Source of the DNA: Naegleria gruberi
Taxonomy: Eukaryota
Strand: one strand, 5' to 3'
Assembly: GCA_000004985.1 (NCBI GenBank)
Contig: GG738846.1
Length of the DNA: 64,000 bases
The notes under the pieces were generated by a model. That model was not told the origin of the DNA. It did no database searches and saw only the letters and a list, made by a program, of their open reading frames with translations. Shown here in pieces: positions 1-10,480 of this stretch (positions are counted from its first letter, which is position 1; every line of letters starts with the position of its first letter). The translations under genes and the position numbers were made by a program.

Positions 1-1718
1 GCTCTTTTAATCAAGTGATTTGCATAGATAAACGCATTAGAATCCTCAGAGGCAACAAAGTTTGCAATGAGCATACTTGATGTCAATAGTAAATTAACAT
101 CTGTAAAACTTTTTTGAGAAGCAGCACCCTTAACAAACAGCATGGCTAAATTGAAATCACCATGCTTTTGTTCGTTGCGTTGAACATTTCTTGCCTTTGT
201 CATGGCAAATCGAATGAAAATGTTAACACTTCTAAATCGACGTTCTTCTTCGATAACTGAAGCTAAATTATTGACAAATAATGTTGGATCACCCTCTTTG
301 GATATCTTCCAATTATTTACATCATCAATACCAAGGTACACTGAAAATAAATGCTTTACGCTTCTATAGACAAGTCTGGTATATATTTCCATAGTTACAC
401 AACCCAAAACAAATAATAAAATAGCAAAGCCAAATGATGCACCAGCCAATGATACTCCAAATATATTGTCATCTAAGTAATTGATTGGTAAGGTAGTCAG
501 TATTAAAGTTGAAATGGAAAATCCAAGTTTTGCAAATGTAAATCCAGACCATAAACTATTTTCCCATCTATTGAAAAAAGGAAGGGACCTAAATAAAACA
601 ACAATATACAATAAACTAACTAGAATAGATATAATTGGAACTATATAACTGTACATGCTCGGAATTAAATTTGAAATTATCCAATAAAGTTGATTTGTAA
701 ATGCAATTACCATTACAAATATCGAATTATCCATTGAACCAAATGAGCCTTCCTTTGGACTGAATTCTATTAACATTAATAATCCCATTTGAGTAATTAC
801 AAATTGTACAATTAATCCAATCGAAGAAAATACAATCATTACTGTATTCAGTACGCTTGTACACGATTCTTCTCTGTATCTTACAAGGTGTTGTGTCATG
901 TAATCGCAATTAATAAATGATGTTAGTATATGGGTTATGGGTACTGCTACTACTGTTATTATTATTGTAAGTATTCTTACAAATTGCAGTAATTTCTTTG
1001 TGTGTCTGCTTCCTGTTTTTGTAAATCTATATACTATATAAAGTAATACTCCATTTGATAATAGTAATATAATAAAGAAACTAGCAATTACAACAATACC
1101 AACATATGGTACCTTTTCCATTAACCAAGTTCTCATGAATCCAAATACTAGCATAATCCACCAACCATAATCACCCCATTGATATGATTTAATATCCTCA
1201 TATGGTACAGATAAACTTGAGGAAGTAAGCATGATAAATGTGTAAAAGAGCATGTAAAATATATTTGTTTTAGAAAAGACTCTTCTCAGCTTACCAGAGA
1301 GAGTACGTTGTTGAGCAATGGACCAGGGCTGATTCTTTTCATTCACCCTCTTGGCTGTATTCATCAAGCTTTGTTGCTGTATTCCAACCAGAAATGTTAC
1401 TATATTCTCTTCAAATGCTTTAAATGATTCTGAGGATAGAATTGAAGACCGTGTTGTGGTTGCTGTCCTTGCAGTTCCAGTGTCGGACCCACCTGAACGA
1501 TTACTCATCGTTAAACTTTGTGGACCGTGTGAGAAGTGTCCTTCAATAATCGAATTGGATTCACTTGTATTACTATTATGAAAACTAGGTAGTGGATCTT
1601 CAGTGCTAGCCCTCAATGGATTTACAGTCTGATTTAAATTTGTTAAGGGTACGATGGCTGAACTTTTCCTTGTTCTACCAATAGCACCGACTGCTCCAAG
1701 GGTTGGAAGTGTCGACAT
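1..1718 (-). CDS. Partial CDS: multi-pass membrane protein of unknown family. The ATG is at 1718 and the gene runs off the window start, so the 3' end is missing.
   Basis: The minus-strand ATG (plus-strand 'cat' at 1716-1718) opens a long frame read by eye (MSTLPTLGAVGAIGRTRKSS...). It has many hydrophobic segments (LFYTFIMLTSSSL, IVVIASFFIILLLSNGVLLYIV, ILTIIITVVAVPI). It is absent from the ORF track because it has no stop inside the window. I did not verify continuity codon by codon. Confidence 0.45.
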   Translation of the reverse strand, partial: MSTLPTLGAVGAIGRTRKSSAIVPLTNLNQTVNPLRASTEDPLPSFHNSNTSESNSIIEGHFSHGPQSLTMSNRSGGSDTGTARTATTTRSSILSSESFKAFEENIVTFLVGIQQQSLMNTAKRVNEKNQPWSIAQQRTLSGKLRRVFSKTNIFYMLFYTFIMLTSSSLSVPYEDIKSYQWGDYGWWIMLVFGFMRTWLMEKVPYVGIVVIASFFIILLLSNGVLLYIVYRFTKTGSRHTKKLLQFVRILTIIITVVAVPITHILTSFINCDYMTQHLVRYREESCTSVLNTVMIVFSSIGLIVQFVITQMGLLMLIEFSPKEGSFGSMDNSIFVMVIAFTNQLYWIISNLIPSMYSYIVPIISILVSLLYIVVLFRSLPFFNRWENSLWSGFTFAKLGFSISTLILTTLPINYLDDNIFGVSLAGASFGFAILLFVLGCVTMEIYTRLVYRSVKHLFSVYLGIDDVNNWKISKEGDPTLFVNNLASVIEEERRFRSVNIFIRFAMTKARNVQRNEQKHGDFNLAMLFVKGAASQKSFTDVNLLLTSSMLIANFVASEDSNAFIYANHLIKR

Positions 1719-2636
1719 GTTGATGCTACTGTTACTACTAGCTTAGATAATAATAAGAATTATATATGATGATGACTATATGATGACGTTGCAAAAAACC
1801 TAAAGTTGTGAGATAAACCTGTATATGTTGTGTACTCTCTCCTAGATGTTTGTACTATATTTCTTAGGTTTTTTGATGCTTAATTGATGCAATGATTAAG
1901 CAACTAGCAGATCCTGATGATTAAATAATATTACTGTTATTGTGTGATAGTTAATAGTGCTCGGCTCGCAACGATGAAGGGTCTATTGATGTTGTAGAGT
2001 CTTTTAAGGCCAACACATTAAGGCGAGTGTATTGTGGAGGGTCTTTTCAGAGAGACGTTTTAGGTTGGTGAGTAACTTTTTTTGGGTGGGAAAAACAAAT
2101 GACCGTAAATTGGCCTGTAACGATTTGGCTATTAGCGCGAAGGTGAAAAAGCAGCTTGTGTTTTGACTTGACTGGCCTCAGATGAATTTGACTTGTATTG
2201 AACTTATTAAAAGAACTACCAATAACCAAATAACAAGTTGACAAGTTGTAGGTTTCTCTATCTCTATATCAAGTGAGAGCTAATTCAATGGTGATAAATT
2301 GTAAATGTTATTACATTGCTGAATTCAAATATCATTCACACATAATGTCCTTTCGAAAATATTAATACGCTCCAAGTATAGTTTGTTAGTTTTTCTCCTC
2401 GTCGTCGTTTGGTTCATGAAAGTTCTATATTTTGTGACTGTTGGCTACGGGCTCTTTTTTGTACATTTCAAAATTTAGATGCTCTGCGAATTGGCTCATT
2501 TCATAGCAAGTAATATTGACAAATTAAATTTAAAAACAACTTGGTGAAACAATGAAGAGTTCAAAAAGTTGGTGCTGGTGGTTTGACAACATTTTTTATG
2601 ATTTATTGACAGCAAGGTTGATCGAAGTTACTGAAG

Positions 2637-3223
2637 TTATTGCTGACTGTCAAGAGCTTCAAGTTTTGCAATGTTGAGTGGAATCTTTTCTCCTGACAAC
2701 CACATGGCATAGATGGTGTGAGCTTGTACATGATTGGTGTCGTTTTCAAAGACTGGATGCAACAGAACAGGTCTTGGTCTTCCACCAAAGCCGGACAAGT
2801 TATTTCCACACTGCACAATACTCCAATTATAAACTTGAATGAAATACTTGTCAACAAGTTCCTTTCCAACAATATCACTTTCATCATTTGTAGAATTAAA
2901 TTATTATTATTGAAATTAATGTGATGAAACAAACATTTCAAAGAATGGGAGTGTATGAGGTCCGATTATTTGTTTCCATGCTGCAACAAATTATATTACA
3001 TCACCAACATTGTTAAACAAACAACATACCAACAATTCGGAGAGAAGGCCATCGAAGTTTTGCACTCTCCATCATTTCATCAATAATCTTTTCATCGACT
3101 GAATCTGACGGTAAATAGTAATAGTGGAAACTGATCAGTTAATAAATTGATTAATAGAAAATTCATAGAAAGAACTTACTGATAACCAATGATTGAATTT
3201 TCATCAAGTTTAACAATAGGCAT
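2637..3223 (-). CDS. Small four-exon gene encoding a 143-aa protein of unknown function (MPIVKLDENSIIGYHFHYYYLPSDSVDEK...CGNNLSGFGGRPRPVLLHPVFENDTNHVQAHTIYAMWLSGEKIPLNIAKLEALDSQQ).
   Basis: Exons are 3223-3180, 3130-3030, 2980-2935 and 2877-2637. Intron 1 (3131-3179) runs GTAAGT...AG. Intron 2 (2981-3029) runs GTATGT...CAG. Intron 3 (2878-2934) is a 57-nt GTTTGT...AAAG intron that removes four in-frame TAA codons. Phases are consistent: 44+101+46+238 nt gives 143 codons. No family recognised. Confidence 0.5.
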
Positions 3224-3406
3224 TCTCTCGGAGTTTCAAATAGATTTTTCTTTTGTGAATTGAAAATCATCTTGCCTTTCCATCAATTTAATTCATCCTC
3301 TTCTTATTTGTCTCTTCTTAAATTTAAATAAAATCTCTTAATAAAAACTTCAAGAGTCTCAAACGCTGCTGGGAATGATTCTAAAACCACAACAAGAAGA
3401 AAAAAA

Positions 3407-4285
3407 ATGAGTTCTACTAAGGTTCAAGTACCTCTCACTGATGAGAGCGAGGAAGATGATGTATTTGACTATGAGGTTGGTGATGACGATGACGAGTATA
3501 GTGATGAGGAGGATCATAAAGCAACCTCATCTTCCTTATTACATGCAACGAATAGTAATCCATTTGCCCCAATGCAAGCTTATAAACAATTACTCGGAAG
3601 TGATGTTGAAACAATACGAGCCTTTTTGGAAAACAAATCAAAGAACAAGTACTTTTATATAACGGTAAAGATGGGAGAAAAGAAGGGAAAATTGCGAGTA
3701 AGAATGGGCAGAGAAATTAACAGTTTTGATTTTGAAGATGCTATCGAGTTAACATTGGAGCAACAAACATATATCAGTTTTACTGGAATGGAAAATAAGA
3801 GAACAGGAGAGGTGTTTCCAATGATAGAACATCCAGTTATTCCTGGAACCACCTTACTGGAAAAAAAGTATGTCAGCAAGATGAAGGATGGAGAGGAATA
3901 CTTTTTATTAACAAGGGATATCAGAGATGATGCAGCTAATTTACTTACTCGTGAACAATTGGAGAGTATTAGAGAAAAATTCAACAAGATTGATGAGAAT
4001 AGAACTGGTTTTATATCTCACGATGAAATTAGGAAATATTTTGCAAAACATAGAGACCAAAAGATTTCCAGTTATATAGAATTTGCCAATGAAAAGATTA
4101 GAAAAGAACCTAAGAAGGAAGATTACCATCAACAACAACTTCAAAAGAGAATTAACATGGCAAAGAAACAATACCAAAAGAATGTAGACTATTTCCTCTC
4201 CATTGATATTAACGGAGATGGTTCAATCAGTTTTGAAGAATTTAGAAATAACGAAGTCAAATCTTACATTACTCAAAATAAATAA
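3407..4285 (+). CDS. EF-hand calcium-binding protein with an acidic (D/E-rich) N-terminus
   Basis: Intact 292-codon ORF with an ATG at 3407. The C-terminal half holds canonical EF-hand loops (DENRTGFISHDE, DINGDGSISFEE). The N-terminus is acidic (DESEEDDVFDYEVGDDDDEYSDEED). Confidence 0.75.
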   Translation: MSSTKVQVPLTDESEEDDVFDYEVGDDDDEYSDEEDHKATSSSLLHATNSNPFAPMQAYKQLLGSDVETIRAFLENKSKNKYFYITVKMGEKKGKLRVRMGREINSFDFEDAIELTLEQQTYISFTGMENKRTGEVFPMIEHPVIPGTTLLEKKYVSKMKDGEEYFLLTRDIRDDAANLLTREQLESIREKFNKIDENRTGFISHDEIRKYFAKHRDQKISSYIEFANEKIRKEPKKEDYHQQQLQKRINMAKKQYQKNVDYFLSIDINGDGSISFEEFRNNEVKSYITQNK

Positions 4286-4333
4286 TTATCTTTCAAAGAT
4301 GAAAACTGGAAATATATTTCAACAATTCACTGA

Positions 4334-7300
4334 ATGCTGTTTTTACAAAACATAATATTACGAAACAAACGAAAAAAAATGCTTTCACACCTGTCTCCAC
4401 ATGATGATGACTTAATTTCCGAGTCAAGTGATCATCATGATGGATCATCCAATAATAATAATAATAGGATGGAAAAGGTAGAGATGGCAATTATTTCCGA
4501 TTTGATTGAACATTTCAATCAGAGAATTTTCAATAGTACAATAACAGAGAAGGAACAATCGGAAGAACAATCCCTTCTTAAAAACGAATTGATGAAAATT
4601 GTACAATCGGAATCATTTCCTGCTCTTACAATGAAATTCTTGAGTTTAATTAAAATATTGAATAGGCCAAGTCTAAAAAGAATTGCTATTGAATTTATTC
4701 CCAAGATTTGTGGAAGCTCCGAGGAGGAAAATTCCAAAATTATTGAAGTATTGGATGGAATATTCAAGAGTGAGAATGCATTGACAAGGATTGTGATTTC
4801 AACCTTGTACAAGTTGGAAAATTTAAAAGATTCACAACAGGAGAAGGTTTTATTCATTGCACAAAATGCATTGGAATCGGTTGAGGAGGAGGATTTGGAT
4901 GATATTGTCAAGATCATGTTGAAGAATGTGACGAAAAAGAATAGTAGTGAAATTGTAAAGTACATTCGAGAAAAATTGGCCAATGATGACGTGGCCATTG
5001 TTAGGATTAGCTCTGAATTATTGGCAGACACATTTTCAACGACGCCATCTCTTGCTAATTATTTCCTAAAATCTTTAAAAGCAGAACAAGAGGAATTTTC
5101 TAAATTTGATGTTTTAATTTTAATGGTATTACTATCAACTAGGCACAGAGATAGAAATTCAACCTTTACAATATTTAAGAATGCATTTCAAAACAAACCA
5201 CAAAGAATGATTAATATTTCAACAATTTTGGATACCTTGAGTGCTGTTGGAAGTCTTTTGGATGATTGTAAATATGTAGACAGGATTTACAACTCGATAT
5301 ATATATTTATTATTTATTTATTATCAAATAGTGAGTTGTTTACAGATGAGAAGGGTGTACCATGGGTTTATAGTATTTTCATTCACTCGTTCAAGAGTTT
5401 CAAACCACTGAGAAGCAAATTTTTAACATCACTCTTGGCATTGTTTCAGTACAATGATTCCAAGTCGAATATTGCTGCGGAAATTTTGATAGGTTTATGT
5501 GATTTTGAGCAGAATGAAGAAGAGGATGAGGAATTTTCTGCCAGTCTGTGTAAACAAATTGCCTTGAATCATTTATCGATAATTAAGGATTCTCTGGCAC
5601 ATGCTGTTTCATATTCTAGTAGGTTTCACATTACAATGACTTTATATAATGATTATTACCAATAATTAATAGTAAGATGTCAACATTCACTTTGTTATTC
5701 TTTGGCCAAGTGCTCAATTCACGATCCAAAAACATTCGAGTACTTGATGATATTTATTAGAAAGCAAATTTTCAGTGGACAAGATAAGAAATCCCAACTA
5801 GGCCTTATTATTTCAATGCACCTAATTCATGAAACACACTACATGATCAGTTCAGACATTGACAGATTTGTTTTTTCACTATTTAACACGAAAAATTTTG
5901 ACGAAAATTCAATTCATATTTTAGATTTATTTATTTATAATTTTGATATTTTACTCAATATGGGGTTCGCTTCAAGAATGAAAGCAATCATTGTACAGTT
6001 ATTGAAAAATTTGGCAATTATTGACACGTTCCCAGAAATTTCACAACAAAGTAATTTTGAATTCAGAAAATTCTGCTCCATCAATACTCTTACACTTACC
6101 TCACTTCGAGCATTATCCATGCTAGTCAAGTGCTACATTCTCTGCCATGAAAATGATCAGGTAAGTTTGTTTGTTATGGATTCTTCTAAAAGAATTGAAT
6201 TAATAATAGTATCCTCTAAGCATGGCACTAATGCAAATTGGAGCAAAAGGAATTTCTAAAGAAGAATTAATGTGTATATATTCTATTGGTTATGTTTTAT
6301 ATGATCATGTTATTGAGAAGAATGTTTTGATAGAAAATCTTGACAAGGAAGACCAAGATTCTATGGTTGACTATACCGAGTATTTGCTACAGTTGAGAAT
6401 TGATATTGTAACATCTGAATCCATCAATGATACATTACACGCTTTGGATTTGGATGCATTTTTCAAATTATTCCCTCTCAGTGTGGAAATCATTTCACTC
6501 TTTATCAGAAAATACAAACACGAATATGACGAAGTATCCATGAAGAAGGAACGAGAGGCATTCAAATGCCTTTGGTCAGATTTTGATTTCATGTTGAAGC
6601 ATTTACTATTATTCAAATCGGATGAGGAAGAATCAGAGAGTCATAAATCAAATGCTAAGGGAAAGGGCGTATTTGCTCCAGATTTCAAAATTCTCTCACC
6701 CAAAAGAGTACTATTATTTGGTTCATTGTTGGAGGGAAGAAAGTCACCGAGCTCCATTTTCCAATTCATTTCTCTCACCAAGAAGGTCATTGGTGCTCTG
6801 GTGAAAAAGAGTTTCAAATATACTACTCTCTTGGCAGAGAAGAAATCAGAGATGAAAGTGAATCAAGACACTCAAAGTTTAGAAGGAAAAGACAAGGTTG
6901 ACCATTTGGTAATATGTCTATCGTATATTTATTGCTCACTTTCGAATGTGTTTTTTGTGACAAGAAACATTGATGAGGATGCATTCGAAGAGTTGATTTC
7001 TTCCTTTAAGAAGAATGACACTTCCATTCCAATTAATGTAATTTATCTTGTTCGATTGATTTTAAAACAAATTGAGGATGCTTCTTACTTTATTCATGCT
7101 TTCCAATTGAATCTTTTATTGGTATCCATTTGCCAAGGAAAGGAACTGCAAAAGATTATTGGCTATGTAGGTCTAGAATTATTGACACGAGTCTTTAGTT
7201 CTACATCTCAATCATCTACAATTGAAAAGATAGCCATGGAAGCTTATGTTTTCAAAGAATTACCATTCCATCACTTATTACACCACAGAGAAATTGCAAG

Positions 7301-8485
7301 AAAACGAAAAAATCCAAACATATCCAAGTACCTTAACCAAGCAACTCTTCTGTTTGCTCTCACCTATTTACCAGCAGAGGAAGGGAGAGATTTGTGTGAT
7401 TTTTTCGTATTGGCTCTTGATGATTTCCTTCATGCAATGAAAGAGGAGCAAGACGTTCACGTTCAACATCATCCCTTGAGTATTCTGGATGAGAATAGTT
7501 TTCACTACTTTTTACAAATATTTACCAAGATTTTTGAGATGGCCATTATCAATGCTCCTTGTGTGCCAGTCGATAATGGAGGAAATAGAAACTTTATCAG
7601 AATTGAAGATCCTTTGGATAACATGAGGAAAGTAATTTTGATTTACATGTCATTTCAGGAGAGTGAATTTCTTAGAAAGAACAGAAAGGATAGGTTAGTA
7701 GTAATTATTCAATTTTTATTTACCTTTGTTAATTACTTATTTACGTTTTACAATATATATTCAATCTATATAGTGGAGAAGTATTGGCTCAGTCATGTTT
7801 ATCAGTGGCACCTATTATTCAATCAAAATTGGATGAATGTTTAAGGTATATTACAGATAGGGCAGATGAAATCGATTTTGAAATGGTGAGATCAGACTAT
7901 TTCTCATTGTTTGATAGGGTGAAGTGTTTTTGTGATGCTTGTTTTGCCCTGTGTGATGAGCAGAAGAAATTTTCAGATCCGGACTCAAAAACAGATGGAA
8001 AATTGAGACAAGAAATGTTAAAACTATTCCAGAAACAATATGATTTGGAAGTTTTTTTGAGAGATTTGTGTGAAAAGAATCATTTCGAATACTTTAATGG
8101 AAATCAAGTTGCCAATGACGCTTTCAAAGTTTGGAATTGTACACCACGATATAGAAAATCTTTGGAAGAAAAAGTTGACGAGATGAATACTAATAATATT
8201 TGGGCTGAATTATTTACGCAAGATTTTGATATTGGATCACTTTGGGAAAACCCACCAACAGAAACCTTCTTTGATAGCTACATTTTGTTTGCCAATGAGT
8301 TGGCCAACTTTGTTGTTGAGGCAGATGACTTGGAGGAAGATATCTTCTCCTCTGACGAAGAAGAGGAGCAAGAAGGCGCCTCAATTTCTATTGATGAAGC
8401 TCGTAATAGATTACAAAAACGAAAAACAATTGAGGAACCAACATCAGAACCTCACATTCTTCAGCCAAGAAAAAAGCAAAAATAA
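4334..8485 (+). CDS. Four-exon gene for a roughly 1320-aa alpha-helical solenoid-like protein with an acidic C-terminal tail and a terminal basic patch. Function unknown; a FANCD2/FANCI-like identity is only speculative.
   Basis: The track splits it into four ORFs (4334-5665, 5702-6259, 6222-7844, 7784-8485). The first two share a frame and are separated by a single TAA at 5663-5665, which a 54-nt intron (5619-5672, GTAGGT...AATAG) removes. Intron 6161-6209 is GTAAGT...TAG and joins in phase 0. Intron 7694-7773 is GTTAGT...TAG and joins in phase 2. Exon lengths are 1285, 488, 1484 and 712 nt, totalling 3969 nt or 1323 codons. The tail is ...EADDLEEDIFSSDEEEEQEGAS...KRKTIEEP...RKKQK. Confidence 0.6.
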
Positions 8486-8508
8486 TGTATTGATAAAAAA
8501 CTAAGAGT

Positions 8509-10323
8509 TTAAAATTTGAACTTCTTTTGTGAAGAAGGTTTGTCGTTTCTCTTTCTCTTCTTGTCATCCTCATTGTTTGGTTGTTGATGGGAAGAAGTAG
8601 GAGGTAACATGTTGTTAGAGGCATAACTCCTTGATGAACCCATCATATCTCGTGATCCAATTGCTTGGTCTTTCTCTTCTAATACTCTATATAATAACTT
8701 AGGGTCATCTGATTTCTTGTTGGCAACATCTTTCCTCAGGTTGACCACTTCAGGCACTCTTTGTGAACTTGTTTGATGACTGTCCATTGGTTTTGGTGTG
8801 GTCAACCCACTGACAACAATAACGGATTCATCTTCATCCTCTTCTTCCTTAGTTTGTGCCATTTCCTCATCCGAACTATCACCACCTTCTCTTATTTCTT
8901 CAGTTTCCTCTTTTTCTTCCTCCTCTTCCTCAATAGTATCATCAATGATGTCTTCGCCCCACAATTTGACATTCTTCTCTTCCGCTTTTCTATCATCATC
9001 ATTTGCATTAGCTCCAAAAAATTTGTTATAGAGTGGTCTGTTCATGTGGTCGACAGGCAAACGACCCCAACCACCTGGATGGTAACCATAACTAGCACCT
9101 TCAGGTATAGGAGCATTGAGACCTGGTATTCTGAGATTGGAATACGAAGGGGGTGGACCATGTTCTTGCATTTTAATCAACCAAGGAGGTGGTGCATTTA
9201 CTGGCATACCCAAGGCAAGTCTCAGTCTTTCAGAGAGTGGCTTACCAGCCTTATACTTATTAATGTACTTTCTTCTCTGCTCATACTCCTTTCCTTCATA
9301 GTACAAGTCACCATGGATGGCCAAATTATCTGGTTTGGTTTGATGTTTGTAAAAAGCATCTCTCAAAACTTGATAATCAATATCCATTTTTCCTAGTTTT
9401 GGTCTCACTCTTTCTCTCATCTTTTGCTTAATGGATTTCTCATTTTCCTTTTCTTCATAAGCTTCTCTCATCTTTTGAATGCCTGTCTTGGCAATAAATT
9501 CTGGAAGCTTGAAAGGTGGCTTTACAAATCCTCTCTTTCCCTGCAAGTACTTTCTTTTTTGAGACCAGTGAGCTGGAACTGGAACAGTATTTCTATATGA
9601 TTTGAGCAAAACAAGGAATTTAGGATCTTTGGCTGTAATGTCATGAACTTCCACAACATCAGGTCTCTTGGCCAGTTGCTTCAATTGTGAAATTGTGAAA
9701 ACATATCTACGTTTCTTCTTTTTCTTCAACTTGTTTTTCTTCTTACCCTTCTTGTTGGCAATTAAAGATGCTTGATCATAATCCAATTCCTCTCCATCCT
9801 CCTCTTCTTCATCATCGTCATATTGTTCCTCATCACTACTAGTCAATTCGAATAGATCCTTTTCCTTCTTTTCTGGCTTTTCTTCCTCCTCTTCCTTTTG
9901 TTCTGTGTTTAAATCTTCCACACTTCCGAACTTGTCAAATATTCTTTTAAATTCATCAAGGATAGAACTATTTGCCTTCTTTTCAATATCTTGAATGACA
10001 TCTTTTTGTATATATTCTACATTGTTTACACTTGTCGGATCGGTAGATGATTCCGATTTTATATTTGTTGTTGTTGTTGTATTATTATTTTGAATATTAG
10101 TGGATGAATTTGTTGTTACATATAACTTTTCGAAAGGCTTCAAACCTGCTGGGAGAATAATCTTTTTCTTCTTTCTCTTTCTATTTCTCTTCTTTTTTCC
10201 ATTGGTTGTAGAAGAGGAATTTATTGTTGTTTGAGTGGCACTACTATCACCATCATTGATCGAATCGTCTTGTTCGCCTTCATCCGATAGAGGCATCATC
10301 ATGTCTTCATCCTTTAGAGACAT
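8509..10323 (-). CDS. SF3B2: Splicing factor 3B subunit 2 (SF3b145/SAP145/Cus1 family)
   Basis: Intact 604-aa ORF. It carries the PSP/proline-rich SF3B2 signature ...PPPWLIKMQEHGPPPSYSNLRIPGLNAPIPEGASYGYHPGGWG... It has acidic and K/R-rich low-complexity flanks typical of SF3B2. Confidence 0.8.
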   Translation of the reverse strand: MSLKDEDMMMPLSDEGEQDDSINDGDSSATQTTINSSSTTNGKKKRNRKRKKKKIILPAGLKPFEKLYVTTNSSTNIQNNNTTTTTNIKSESSTDPTSVNNVEYIQKDVIQDIEKKANSSILDEFKRIFDKFGSVEDLNTEQKEEEEEKPEKKEKDLFELTSSDEEQYDDDEEEEDGEELDYDQASLIANKKGKKKNKLKKKKKRRYVFTISQLKQLAKRPDVVEVHDITAKDPKFLVLLKSYRNTVPVPAHWSQKRKYLQGKRGFVKPPFKLPEFIAKTGIQKMREAYEEKENEKSIKQKMRERVRPKLGKMDIDYQVLRDAFYKHQTKPDNLAIHGDLYYEGKEYEQRRKYINKYKAGKPLSERLRLALGMPVNAPPPWLIKMQEHGPPPSYSNLRIPGLNAPIPEGASYGYHPGGWGRLPVDHMNRPLYNKFFGANANDDDRKAEEKNVKLWGEDIIDDTIEEEEEEKEETEEIREGGDSSDEEMAQTKEEEDEDESVIVVSGLTTPKPMDSHQTSSQRVPEVVNLRKDVANKKSDDPKLLYRVLEEKDQAIGSRDMMGSSRSYASNNMLPPTSSHQQPNNEDDKKRKRNDKPSSQKKFKF

Positions 10324-10480
10324 TTTTTAATAATAAAATAAATTTATTATTTATTTAAATATTGAACATGAAGTTAATTTTATCAAGTTGATTAAATTAT
10401 ATTTGTATTATTACAAAGTCAACTGGAACAGATCTTTTAGTTGATCACCAAAACATACTGTCCTTTTATTAATGATACAA

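Noticed and set aside
3435-5031. Several antisense or overlapping small ORFs (3435-3641-, 3655-3987-, 3941-4177-, 4519-5031-) inside the EF-hand and large solenoid genes
   Set aside because: They are out of frame or antisense to strongly supported CDSs, with low-complexity translations. They are shadow ORFs.
8773-9396. 207-aa plus-strand ORF antisense to SF3B2
   Set aside because: It lies entirely within the well-supported minus-strand SF3B2 CDS and is low-complexity hydrophobic. It is a typical shadow ORF.
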